The notes under the pieces: model-generated | What the model was told of the DNA's origin: nothing | The model's database searches: none | What the model saw: the letters and a program-made list of their open reading frames with translations, nothing else | Origin: Lophium mytilinum | Taxonomy: Eukaryota | DNA length: 64,000 nucleotides | Assembly (NCBI GenBank): GCA_010093605.1 | Contig: MU004201.1 | Coordinates: 248,001-312,000, forward strand | Direction of reading: 5' to 3' | Program-made: the position numbers and the translations under genes | Shown here: positions 39,901 to 53,434 of the stretch, piece by piece | Layout of the letters: each line of letters begins with the position of its first letter | Position numbering within the stretch: the stretch's first letter is position 1

Positions 39901-42028
39901 TTTTCTCTATTACGTTTTACTATAGAGAATATAGGGTTAGGTCTAGAAAAGCTACTATTAGAATAAGCTATTAAGATATATTATTCTATATCTATCTAAA
40001 ATAGTTTCTTATTATCCTTCTAGGTTGGGGCCGCGTAGAATCCAGATAAATAGCTGGTATAGAATTAGTGTAAGGGCCCGCGTATAAGTAGTACGCCCGC
40101 GGGGCCTTTATCTAAGGTAATAAGATAGGTAGAAATATACATATTTATAGATATATATAGAGATAGTGCCTTAGACTTATTTAGGCTTGCCTACTTAAGC
40201 CTCTATTACTAGGTAACAATGCGCCTATTTCTGCTTATTTATTCCTTAAGCCTAGTACTATAAGTTATTATCTATTCTCTATAGTTAAATAGACTAGCAT
40301 ACGCATCTATCTATTTAGGCTATATAGATAGTATTATTAGTAAGGTATTAATCCTTCTCTATATATAGTATATTATAGTAATATATTTATGCATAATAAG
40401 TAACTAGAGGTTACGTAATAGAGGCTCTATAAAATAGGCGAACGTTGCTCCGCTCTTTAGGTTATTTTAACATCTATCCTAGAAACCTCTTTCTCTCTTA
40501 TATTTATTTTTTATTAATATTAATACTATTTAATCTAACAATTCTAACGTTCTAACCTCAAGCCCTAATAAGAGTTAAGTACCCTTCTAGCTTCTAGGAG
40601 TAATAGAAGTAACCCTAGGAGAAATTTTCTATAATAGAGTACACTTTTATAATAAGCTATAGTATGCGCTACTACCTATATAGTAACTATAAGTAGTATT
40701 ATTATAGACCCCTAATAAAGACTATACTTAATAATATAGTACCCTTCTATTAGTAGCGCCGCGGGCCTCTAATAAAGCGTTCTAACTATTAGGCGCAATA
40801 TTAGGTAATAGACCTTACAACTGTAGAAGCACTTGCAAGCCGCTATAATAGAAGGGTAGAAATAGTACCCTAGAAAGTCCTTACTAATTATATTAATTAC
40901 TTTAATAGCTCTATAACTTCTTCTTTTACTTACTATTACTATATAGCGACTAATATCTAGAGCGTTTAGTATTAGTAATAGCGCGTGCACGCGCCTAGTA
41001 TTACTAATTAATTGCTATTACTATATAGAGACTAATACGCGGAAAGCTTAGTATTAATAATAGTAAGCCTAAGCGCATGTCTAGCGTTATAAAATACCTA
41101 CCTATAGACTATCTATTTCCTATATACTACCTGTATCCTGTTATTTACTATAACCCTCTAGGTAGTTCTATAGCTAAGCGTAACTAGTGCTACTAGTGCT
41201 ACTAGCACTACCCTCTTAAACCTTCCACGCATCTAAAACCATGTAGTAAATAATCTAAATTTAATAGGATTTTATATATAAATTTAATGCCTTACCCCTC
41301 TAAGTTTTCTTTCTTCTATATTAACTTATTTTTCTACCTTATTATATAGCTAACCCTAGCCGCTATACTTTTAACCGCGCTAAAGCCCTATAGTTTAGTA
41401 ATTCCGTTACTAGTAGATGCTCTACTACTAGAGGCCCCTTTAGTAACGCTAATAGTATTCCTATTAACCCTTACCGCGTTATATTATATTAAGCAGGCGC
41501 CTTAAACCTGCACTACTTTCTTATAGAAGATAATAATGATAATAAAACGTGGGATAATTATAGCCTGCAGCCTTCTCTTATTTAGCCAGCAAACTTACCT
41601 TCCTAAGGCGCGACTTAATTCTAGTTGCAGATATTAGCTACTACCTCTTAACTAGCTCTATCTATTAGACTAATCCCTTCTATAACACCCGCTAAGCTCT
41701 AATATTATTAAACTAAGTTTAGTACTATAGGTAAGCCTCTACTAGTTACTTTAGCTTCTCTAGTAGAGACTACTATAGAGGAGACTATACTTCTACTCTT
41801 CTATATTAGTAGCTATATACTAGGTAACTTTAATTTACCTAATTAACTTATAAATATAACTGCCGGCCTTAATAATAATAAGAACTTCTTCTTTAACTTT
41901 AATTCGGCTAATAAATATAACTATTAAGAGGAGGATTATTAGTTTAGTAATAACGCAGACAATAAAGTTAATAAATGTAAGATAGCCTATTAAGGTATTA
42001 CTATTAAGACTTCTAATATTATAGTATA
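36971..42028. other. Extremely AT-rich RIP-degraded island with no recognisable retroelement motifs; relic reading frames of unknown origin
   Basis: No RT, RH, IN or gag motifs seen. Long frames broken mainly by TAA/TAG (minus ~37000-37860; plus ~40780-41250 and ~41750-42028). Confidence 0.4.
38854..38968. other. Assembly gap (115 N)
   Basis: Run of n characters. Confidence 1.
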
Positions 42029-45000
42029 TATTACAGCATAAACCTAGGATTCTAGTAATTACGTGCTAAGGTTACGTGCCGTCCCTTACGTGACCTAAGC
42101 GAGACGCGCTAAGCTGCGGCCTGTGCGCCGGCCTTAAACTACAACCTCTTAAGAGCTCCTAGCTCTCTCTCTCCTTCTTAGCTTAGATTTTTATATTAGT
42201 TAATATACCTTATTACTTGTATTATATCGGCCCCCTATATAATTTAAGCTTACCCTTTCACGCTTAGAATCTTATTAATTTTTTCTAGAACTCTATTATA
42301 AGATCTAGGCGTTTTTACTAAAACTAATTAAACCCTCCGGCCTAGCTATATAGCTACGCGCGGCACTTAAATCTAACCTAGCGGACCGTAATCTAGCACC
42401 GCCTCCTTTAAATAAGCTAGTTGCTATAGCTAAGCTTTAAAATAATGTAAAGGCTCCAGGCACTATAAATAGCGCTAACCTAAACACTTCTATAACTCTA
42501 TTAACCGCTAAGAATAAGAAAGCCTACTATGCTGCGCGCCTTACGCGTTTCTAAGGCGCAGTTAAGGGCCTTTCTACTCCAGCTATTATTCCTAGCTTCT
42601 ACTACGGAACTAGAGGACTAATTCTAAATATCTAAGAATAGACCTAAGACTCTATAACTCTTCCAGCCACCTTATAGGCAATATATAATACCCAGCGCGC
42701 TAATACCTAGCGCCCTAAATGCCTAGCGGACGAATAAGTTAACGCTGCTGGATCCTCTAACTAGAACTAGACTGTTACTAATAAACTTAACCCGGACTGC
42801 GACTCTAACAGTAAAGGAGGCTTCGTTACGCCTAGCATAAATATCCTAGGTAAGCGCGCTATATAGTTTATTACTAAGGATAATATAAATAAGATATAAG
42901 CTAGAGGTAGTAAGCCGCGTTCTACTTATTACCGCGTGTCTATAGCGGACCGATAAGCCTGTATTTTAGTTGCACGCCATAAGACTTAATAGGTTCTAGA
43001 CGCTAAACCTAAGTATATAGATATTCTAAAGGGACTATAAGAAACCGACCTATAGCGCTATATATAGCTACTAGTCTAGCTTCTTAACTATTATAGTAAT
43101 GGTATAATAACTATTAATACTATAGTTACTAATAAGACTAAATTTGCCGCTGTAGTAAATAAGGATAACCTAGTATAGTAGGAATTTATCTAGAAGCTTT
43201 TTATAGAGTATAAAGTAGGCTTTAAAGAAGCAAATAATAAAGATAAGCTCTATAATAAACTCTAGAATAAATACTAAAAGTATAAATAGGATACTACTAA
43301 TAACACTACTATAGTAGAATAAGAACTAGAGGCCTATTATGCTAAGCAGCTACAGTAAGTTACAAGCAGTTGTTAGGCCGACCTTAAGCTTAATTAAATG
43401 CGCCTACACCGTAATTACTGGCGTGGCAAGTACTAGACTCTTAAAGAGATATATAAGAAACTTACTACTTATATTAAGAACCTTAAATAGTAGCTTTATT
43501 AATAGGCTTATCTACAGCCCTTAGACTCTAGCCGTAATTTAGATAATAATAATAGCACCCGCTCTCCTACGCCTGCAGTACTAGTTTGCTATTATTCTAT
43601 TGGCTAGCCTCTGCAGTTTAATTCTATTAAGAGTAAGTCCGCTACTCTATTTACGTCTATTTAGGATCTAGGCGCGTACATAGCAATATCTTGTTACCCT
43701 AATCTAGATAAGTTTAGTAGTAGTAATAAGGATAAATTATTCTACTAGTAGTAGCGCATGCAGGTACTTAGTAAGCTAGATATCTACGCACTACTATACG
43801 CTACTACTAATTATCGCATAGTATACGTCCGTAATAGGCTTAAGGGTAAAGCATTTAATATAATCTTCTACTATACTAAACCTAATAGCGATAAGCTATA
43901 TCTCTCTATAGAGAAACTAATTAATAACCTTAATAAGGTCTATAGATCTTTTAATAAAGCAGCTAATGCGTGCACTAATTTGCATAATAGTAAGTTTATA
44001 GTAGAGAAAGATAAGCGCGTTATAACCTGGGTAGGATGTTTTAATACTAGTGTAGCCTTCCTCCGCCTTAAAGACCCCGAGAAGATCTACTATTTGCGAT
44101 GTAATCTTGCTAACAGCCTTAAGTATAAGGCTACTAATAGATAGGATACTAATATAATAACTTTTATCGCTTTTCTATAGACTCTAGAATTATAGCTTAA
44201 TATTATTAAGCTAAATAAAGATGCCTGTAAAGAGAAGGAGACCTCTATATCTACGTGTAATACCCGTAAAGCTACTAGCGCTAGCTCTACTACGCTTTGC
44301 CGCCCGCCGCTTACTAACTAAGCGTATATCTAAGAACAACACTAGTAACACCACCCTAGGTAATGCTACCGCTGCGAATAACTCCCTAGGCCCCTTTAGT
44401 TGCGATCGCCGCACTATTACGCGCCTTAAGTAGCTTAGTCGCTACTAGAACTATCTTAAGCGCGGATATATAGCTAATAGCGACACTCTATATATTAGCT
44501 AGCAGCTAGTCCCTATCTATAAAGTTAGTAGCCTTACTAATAAAATTAACCTTACTAGCGTTATTATTAGCGCTATATATACTAGCTCTGCCTATAATAA
44601 GATAATAGAAAATACTAAGTCCTTAGTAATAGTTACTACTAAGGACCTCTAATAGCCTTTAATAATGGAAAATTAAGAGCGGTTATAGATAGGATTACTA
44701 TTTTAGAATAGGAAATCAAGCTAGTTATTGTGCGTATATCTACTCTTACGCCTTAACCGGTTAATAGCGAATAATTTAGCTTCTTAGGTAGAATCCTCTA
44801 ATCTAATTCTAATTTATTTACTACTAAGATCCTTTCTAATATAGAATTGGACTCTTAGTTCCTTTATTTAAAGACCGCGCGCCTTTATAAGATACCCACC
44901 CAACCCTTCTTATAACCTATTATTCTTAAGCTTACTAATAGTAAGCCCTCTATAATACTAGACTGCGTAGTAGATATTACCTTCTATATAGATAACTACT

Positions 45001-48000
45001 ATAATACTATTACCTACTATATTACTAATACTAGATAATATAATATAATCCTAGGCATGCCCTAGCTCTAGCTTTATAACCCTACTCTTAGTTTTAGGAA
45101 AACGTAACTTATCTTCTAATCCGACTACTGCATGTCTAACTGCCTCTATTACAGTAGGCTAGTTATTGTAAAGAGCCTTATTTATTTAAAATATATTAAA
45201 TTAAACTATACTAGAACCTAGGCGATTTCTACGGCTCCTAATATAACCCTAACTCTAACCCTAACTCTAATTCTAATTCTAACCTTAGCCCGGCTATTAA
45301 AGGCCCCGACGACGCGGAGGATTCCCCTTAGCTTAATTATAATAGTAGGCCTCTTCTACCTAAACTAGTTTTACTAGACAAGCCACTAGCATATAATATC
45401 TAGTTTATCTCCGTGTACGCCTGTTCCACTATAGCTAAACGCAATAAAGACGCCGTAATAACTATTACTTTACGAGACTTTAAGTAACTAGATTAACTAC
45501 TAGATACTAATAAACAACACGCGTACGGGCGATAGGTAGTAAACCTAGCAGGTGTTACTGCGGAGGACTACCGTTACTTTAAGGAAAAGATAATAAAGTT
45601 ACTATATATAAAGGATTAGCTTTAATAAAACATTCCTTCTTTCTTCTATTAGATTCTAGTCGTCTTTAATCTATAGGCGGCTAATAAGCTGCCCCTATAT
45701 AGGCCTAGCGTAGACTATACTATTAATTTTAAAGATCTAAATACAAAACTCCCTATCCTGCGCTAATACGGCCTCTCCTATAATAAACTTTAAGCAGTTA
45801 AAGCCTATATTAATAAGATGCTTAGTAAGAGCTTTATCTATCCTAGCATATCGCCCTTCGCAGCGCCTATTATTATTATCCGCAAGCTAGGCGGAGAACT
45901 CTGCATCTATATTAACTACCGCTTGCTAAATAAAATTATAATTAAGGATAGGAACGCCCCTTCTCTCCTACGCGATATAATTATGCAGCTCTGCAAAGCT
46001 AAAATATATTCCGTCTTTAACATTATTACCGCATTTAACAACATCCGCGTTAAGAATAGCAATTAGTATAAGATAGCCTTCCGTACTTAATATAGCGTCT
46101 TTAAATTTAACATTATACCCTTTAGCCTATGCAACGCTCCCGGTATATTCTTATTTTTTATTAACTCTATACTACGCCTATACCTAGATATCTACTATAT
46201 AGCTTATATAGATAACATTCTTATTTATAGTAATAATAAAAAAGATTATAAAAAGAACTATATAAACGTCCTTACAGTACTATATAACGCAGGACTCTTT
46301 CTTAACATTAATAAGTGTTATTTCTTAGTTAAACGCGTAAAGTATCTTGGACTTATTATTACGCCTAATAGCATAGAGATGGACCTAAATAAGGTTAGCG
46401 CTATCTAAGATTAGAAGCTGCCCCGTAACGTTAAGAATGTCTAATTATATCTAGGCTTCTATAATTTCTACTAATAATTTATTGCTAGTTATTCAAGGAT
46501 CGCCGCTCTACTAACTAAGCTTACTAAGAAAATAATGGAATAAGGTAGCTTTCCTCTACTTGCTAATAGTCTAGCAGCTTAAGCCTTTAAGAAACTTGAA
46601 GCCTCCTTCCTAATAGCCCCGGTCCTTGCTTATTTTGACCCTAATCTAGACTATATCCTTAAAACTGACGCCTTAGATTATATTATAGCCGCAATTCTTT
46701 TATAATATAAACTAGATAGAATCCTACGTCCTGTCGCCTTCTTCTTAAAGAAGATAACCCCTACTAAGTGTAATTATAAGATCTATAATGAAGAATTACT
46801 CGCTATTAGTTAAGCCCCTAAGAAATAGCAACCTAAGCTTACTAGTGTTATTAACCCTGCGCTTATACAAATAGACTATAAGAACCTAGAATACTTTATA
46901 TCTTCTAAGTAGTTAAATTGCCGTTAAGCCCGATAGGCTAAATACCTTTCTTAATTTAACTTTATCCTAAACTAGCGACCAGGCAAGTAGTTAACTAAGC
47001 CTAATAGCCTTACTCGCAGGCCTAGTAATATTCTAGATAATCTAAACAATTCTAGGATAATGTATTAAACATAAACTATATTAAAAAAGACGAACCTATT
47101 AAAAGAAATGTACTAAGCCCTCCAGCTCGCCAATATGCTCCTTAATAAATAGGAGGTTACTATTATCTAATTCGCCTAGCTAATATATAATGTTGCGGAG
47201 TAGCACCCTATAGATATTCTATACGTTGTTTTAGTAGCTAATAATACAAGAGGGAAGAAAAAGTATTTAACTAAGGCCGTAGCTAATTATAGTAAGTTAG
47301 ATAAAGATCTACAGGACGCTGCCTCTAAAGTTACAACGCCTATAGCTACTAACGGTTTACCTAAAGAAGGAGCGCCGGAAGTATCTAAACCTAGTAACAA
47401 GTTAGATAAGGACTTACTAGGGGACTATATTAACAACGCTACTATTTAGTAGATTAATTAAGCCTACATAGAGGATAATATCCTCTAGCGTATTATGCAC
47501 ACTAAAGAAACCGGTAAATAATAGATCCCGCTTAAACTTATTCGGAAACAGGGTATTAAGATTAAGCTTGGCGACTGCAAAACCTATAAAAATAGGCTAT
47601 TTATTAACGGCCGCTTATATGTGCCTTACGACGCAAAGCTCTATATGCAGTTAATTAAAGAAGCCTATAACTCTCTCCCTAGAGGCTATACTAGAAGGAA
47701 CTCCCTCTATTATCGCCTTTTTTCTTAGTACTACTAGCTAGGAATTATAAACTCTATTACTATATATATTAACGCCTGCCTTACATGCAGGCGCATAAAG
47801 GTCTATAAAGACGGCAGGCACAGTCTACTTAAACTGCTACTAATTCTAAATTAATCCTAGACGGATATATCTATTAATTTTATTACTAAGCTGCCCCCCT
47901 GCACTATTAAAGGGCGCATATACTAACACGTTATAGTAGTAGTTAACCGGCTCTCTAAGAAGCGCAAGTTTCTTCCTCTAGACTCTATAGAACTAGAAGA

Positions 48001-49677
48001 CGTTGCGTAGGCATTTATTAATTAGATTTAGCGTAAAGAAGGCTATCTAGACTATATTATATCTAACCGCGGTGTATAGTTTATATCTTTCTTTTAGAAA
48101 CACCTATATAAACATATAGAAACGCACCTAAAGCTATCTACTATAGCCTACCTAGAGACTAATAGTTAGACTAAGATTGTTAATATAGGCCTAAAGTAGT
48201 ACCTACGCGCGTACGTTTATTACCTGCAGGATAATTAGGTGAACCTAATCGCCTTTACTAAGTTTAAAGCTAACGCTAATATTAACTAGTCTACTAGTAT
48301 ATTATCTTTTAAAGCTACTAAGGGTTATACGCCCTATAGTAGGCTGGAACCATTATTATAAGGCGTTATTATCCCCGGCCCTAAGCACCGTGGAGTTAAC
48401 GCAGCTAAGAAACTTGTTACCCGCATTTACAATCTATATAAGTTCCTTAAAGGAGAACTCCGTTAGAATTAGTCTAAAATAAAGAAGCTAGCTAATTAAA
48501 ATTATCTACTAGCCCCTAAGTTTAAAGTTAATAATATAGCCATGCTTAACACTAAGAATATCTACACTACGCGGCCGAGTAAGTCTCTTAATTATAAGAA
48601 TCTCGGTTCCTTTTATGTAACACGGGTTATTAATAATATAGCCTATAAGCTAGAACTTTCTAACTCTATAAAAGGAATCTTTCTAGTATTCTACCCGTAG
48701 CTACTCTATTAAATTAATAAGAATCCGCCCCTTCCAGGATAATATCTAGAGCCCCTGCCTGCGCTTAAGGTAGAAGAAGATAGCTTTGCAGGGCAGTTCT
48801 ATATTAATAAAGTCTTTAACTCCTATTTTAACGGCCACTAACTAGATCTATATATAGGTAAGAAGCCTTACTTAGTCTATAAAATAGCCTAGACTAGATA
48901 TAATAATACCCGGCCTAAATAGAAGCCCTATTAGAACGCTAATAGTTATAATAAACTTCTTATAGGATACTATATAAAGTATAGTCTTAAAGTAGAACCT
49001 TATCTAATATTTAGCATATTAGAATAGGAGGTTGCAAAGATAATAGGTAAAAGTATAAGCGCTGCCGCGGCGATAGCAGGCCTATAGAATATCCTTAGCA
49101 CCACCCTAAGTAAGTATAAATAGCAACCTTATTAGATAGCTAAGTTATCTTATAAGAAGGCTATTCTGCATAGGGAATCTAAAGTAGAACTCTAATAGGT
49201 AGAAGCTAATAATAGGCCTTAGGTTAATTTGTATAGTCCGCTTGCAGCGCTTAAGAACAACTATAAGGATAAATATAAGGACGGAAATAAGAAATATAGT
49301 AAGACTGCATAAGCGACTATAGATAATAGTAAGTATGTAAATAGAAGAGCTGCATAAGCGGCTTAATATAGATAGAATGGAAAGAACGGAATAGATAAAG
49401 GAGCTATAATATATTATAAGCCTTATAGGACTTTAGCTTTTAAAGGGGGGGGTAGTATTATAGCATAAACCTAGAATTATAATAATTACATGCTAAGGTT
49501 ATATGCAGCCCCTTACGTGACCTAAGTAAGACGCTAGCCTAAGGCGCTAGGCCGTGGCCCGTACGCTAGCCTCGAACTATAACCTCTCGAGAGCTCCTAG
49601 CTCTCTCTCTCCTCCTTAGCTTAGATTTTTATAATAGTTAATACACTTTCTTACTTATATTATATCGGCCCCCTATA
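42029..49677 (+). mobile_element. Gypsy chromovirus F with two LTRs (42029-~42239, 49456-~49677) but no TSD
   Basis: LTR pair; PPT AAAGGGGGGGGTAG; gag to TAA 44616-44618; RT SPFAAPIIIIRK ~45850; RH; IN; chromodomain-like region ~48790-48990. Confidence 0.9.
44607..49090 (+). pseudogene. F pol (RIP-degraded); end approximate
   Basis: ORF 45818-46066 is the RT N-terminus; AYIDNILIYS ~46202; LKTDALDY RNase H ~46660; DISINFITKLP integrase ~47865. Confidence 0.88.
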
Positions 49678-51421
49678 TATAGCGTATAATTAATAAAGAA
49701 CTAGAAGGTTCTAGGGCCTTCTATAACGCTAAAGGGCATAATAATAGATTTATACTGTCCCTATTATATAGAGAAGGCCGTAAGACCTATATCTCCCTCC
49801 CGCATTTAAATTTAATTAAACGCGGAAATGACATCCAGTTTAGAATACTATTTAGTGTTACTAAGCTTTTAGAGCGTTTCTTAGATAAGTAGTAGTAGGT
49901 ATCTTATCTTAACTATTATAGTATTAATAGCTCTATAGTTAACGTAGAAATAAATACGCCCTCTAGGTTTCCGGACGAGAAGCATAGGGGAGGACGTGGA
50001 GGATTATAACTTATATATAAATCCTTTATTAAGGTTATTATTAATCTATTTCTTTACAACTTTAAGTTCTTCTTTTAATATAGTATATGGCTAAGCCTTA
50101 GGCAGTTTACCGGCTCCTTCTATTAGATTGATTTCGTGATTAATTCCGGGTCGGTGCGGAGGCAGTGTGTTGGCCTTAACTTGGTTAAATACATGGACAT
50201 AGCGGCGTAGACGTTTTAGAAGCTATTATTCTATCTCTTCTTGGAAGAGGTGCATAGAGTTTATTTTTATATTCTTCTAGTTCGGTTTTAATATTAAGTA
50301 GGTGTTTAAGTTTCTTATACACAGCTTCTAATTTATTATCTTTTTTATTATATTCCTCTTTAAAGACTCTAATCTCATCCTAGAGGTTGCGCTGCGCTTT
50401 CTAGTTATCCTTGCGTATCTACTAGAGGATCTTAGTTGTAGCTTAATAGCTTCTAAGAATGCGGAAGAAGTAGATAGGGTCGGCTTAGACTTACGCAAGA
50501 AAGTCTTAAGAGTCTACAATCTTAATTAAGCCGTTAAACTATTTATCGCCGGGCAGGAGTAAATAGTCCAGGAATTTAGTAACGTTATTAATAGTGTTGA
50601 GAAACGTGCCTAGATTACGGCCTCGGCTGGGAGTGTAATATTTAATAATAGAGCCGTGGACGGTTAGATCCGGGGTGTATATAGAGTAGTCGACATTATT
50701 ATTATTATCTTTAGTAGCGTCTTTATTCTAGGTAAGCTAATTCTCTTTCTCTTAGGTAGTCTACTAAGTGTTGTCTACATTTAGGCAGACTACTAAGTAT
50801 CTACTTTAGCTAGCTTTTAGAGGGGCGCGCTCTTTAGAGTCTTATAAGGAGACTTAGAGGGCGCGCGGGACTATAAATAGAAGGGTAGTAGAAAGTAGGA
50901 GGCTAGTTATAAGCCGCTGCGCCTAGAGCGTTTAGGTCCTATTTCTACGCCTAGTAGAGGTAGTAGATCGCCTATTATAGAGAATATAGTAATAGCGCTT
51001 AGTAAGGTAAGGTAGTATAGCTGCGTGCCCTTTAGTATTATATATAAAGTTATATAGATACGCTTACTAAGCTATTAGGTGGCTTAGTAAATAAGAATTA
51101 AGGTTTAAGGTACGAGGGTTAAAGTAGTAATAGTGAAAAAGAATTAGTGCTAGTTAGAGTATTAGACACGACCTAATACCCTAGTTACGGTGTAGAGGAG
51201 CTTAGTAGTATAAGGTAACTAGGTTAAATTTAAGAGGTTGTATAAGAAGTAGAAAGAGAGGCTTCTAGGAAGGAACTATATATATAGAAGAGAGAGGCGC
51301 GTAGGCGCTAGGCGGGCTAGCGCGTAGGCGGTACCAGGTAACGTAACAGGTGTAGAAGTAGGAGGCCGGTAGCCAGTAACGGGTAAATATATAACCGGAG
51401 GGCAGGGTGTAATCCGTTACA
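49678..51421 (-). mobile_element. Truncated Gypsy H: 5' LTR (starts 51421), short gag-like stretch, RT N-terminus
   Basis: Minus strand starts TGTAACGG at 51421; LPPHRPGINHEINL ~50125-50170; KLDVISAFN ~49825-49845; MPF...GP.TF.FFIN ~49690-49740. Confidence 0.75.
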
Positions 51422-51985
51422 CTAGGGACCACGATATTAAGATTTAGGAAGGAGCTAAGCTTCCAGCCTGGAAGCCTTATCCTATATTCTACTTAGAGCT
51501 AGAAGCTGTCTAGTAGTATATCTCTAAGATAATAGTAAAAGGATTTATTAAACTAGCTTAAGGAGACCTTAGCTTACCCCTTCTTATTATTTAAAAGCCC
51601 GGAGGAGGCCTACGCATTTACGTTAATTACTAGGACCTTACTAATGCCACTATTAAGGATAGGTATCCTATTCCGCTAATCTAAGAGACCCTAGCTAGAC
51701 TATTAAAAGCTAAGATCTTTACTAAGATTAATATTATTACTGCTTTTAACCGGGTATAAATAAAGCCTGGAACTAAGTGGATAACAGCCTTCTTAACGCG
51801 GTACAGAATCTATTAATACTAAGTAATGCCCTTTACCCTCTGCAACGCCCCCGCTACCTTCTAATAATTTATTAATATAGCTCTCTATAAGTATCTTAAT
51901 AAGTATACTATAACCTACCTTAATAATATTATTATCTATAGTAATAGCATAGAAGAATATTAAGAATATATTAAAGCGGTTCTAA
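51422..51985 (+). pseudogene. RT N-terminal fragment G2 (same family as G1), lying between the LTRs of H and D2
   Basis: KPGGGLRIYVNY, DRYPIPLI, MPFTLCNAPATF. 51860-51985 is near-identical to 33821-33947. Confidence 0.85.
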
Positions 51986-52935
51986 TATAATAGATCTAGC
52001 TCCGCATATATTACGTGCCTTCGGCTATATTACATAAGCCCGTGCGCTAGCGCGGTTTTGCACCTCTAGCCTGTATTTAGCCTGCGCCGCGTAGAACCTC
52101 TACCTCCACGCAACTTTATCTTTATAAATACACCCTATTTCTTATATAATACTATACTCTATACCTTGCCTCTTATAGTCTATAATACTATAAAGTTGCT
52201 CTACCTAGCCACTGTTCTACTAAGTCCTTAGATAATAATCCGCTGCTAGTAAACTATAATACTCTATAATTACCCCGCGCGGCTATTAATACTATGGCCG
52301 ACGACTATAACTATAACCCTAAGCCCCTTAGTATAACTAGCATGTAAAAGCTCCGTAACCTCCTCTTATAGCGCGCTGTTCTTGTACCCTTAGACTTCTA
52401 GGCCTTAACTTAAGACTCCTAGAATACCGCCGAGGAATCCTAGATAATTACGAGAAACTCGCAGCGCGCGCGCAGCTACGACGACACTGAAGACAACGCC
52501 TTCCTTAAAGATAAACTTTAGGAACACCCCGATTAGCCTAACGCTAGTGGCCATATCTACTACCCTAAGATGCCCGGCGCCTTTAAGACTTCTATCCTTA
52601 AAGTAAATAAACTTGTTAATTACTCCGCTGTTAATAAATAAGACGCTAATAAAGCCCCTATTACCTATAAAGTCCCTAATGCTAAAGCTTTTATAGACTT
52701 TATTACTAAAGATAAGGTAATAGCGTTTAAATTAACCCGTTTATATAAAGCTAAGATCTATTAACTGCGCAACCGCCTAGAGCGTAATAAGGCCTCTATA
52801 GAGGCATAGGCTAAGCTTAATAAGTAAGCTTATAATATAATTTAGTGATAAAATAATCGCCTCTTAGCCGTAAAAGATAATATTAAGCAGCTTAAAAAGG
52901 CCATCGCCGATATAAAATTCTAATACGAATCTAAC

Positions 52936-53156
52936 TATCACGGTGCAATACGGGATCGTGATAGAAAACTAGATAGTATTGAGTATACAACGAAGTAGCT
53001 ATAAGGAGAGAGAGTAGGGCGCGGAGCGCCGGCCGAGAGGTAGGCGAGGCTGGCGCTAAGCGAGGTCAGGTGACGGTGGCACGTGATAGAGGCCACGTGA
53101 CACCGTTGCCTGTGACAGGAACGTATCGCGATAAGGGTCGCGTTACGGCCATAACA
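52936..53156 (-). repeat. 3' LTR of E
   Basis: Direct repeat of 60929-61149. Confidence 0.97.
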
Positions 53157-53434
53157 CTACCCCCCTCCGAAAGAAAGCTATATACGTGCAGCCTTCCTAT
53201 TTTAGTGTATATACTTGCCATAGGTTCTTCCAGTCTTGCAAAGGGTTATCGTTCTTCCGGATCGTTGTGGGCGCTTACCGAGCCTTAGATGTGAGGTCAG
53301 CAATACAGTTGATCTTACGTGCGTTACCAAGCTTCATCGCGCAGTCCACGCGGTGCGGCGTCGTCCGATTTGTACAAATCGGCAATAGCTCAGCCGGCCG
53401 GTGCTGGTTGAGTTGGCAAGGCAGGGGACGGGCG

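Noticed and set aside
45244..45290. Interstitial telomere-like (CCCTAA)n tract
   Set aside because: Imperfect and inside F pol. It is best explained as a RIP-converted (Asp-Pro/Ser)n coding microsatellite.
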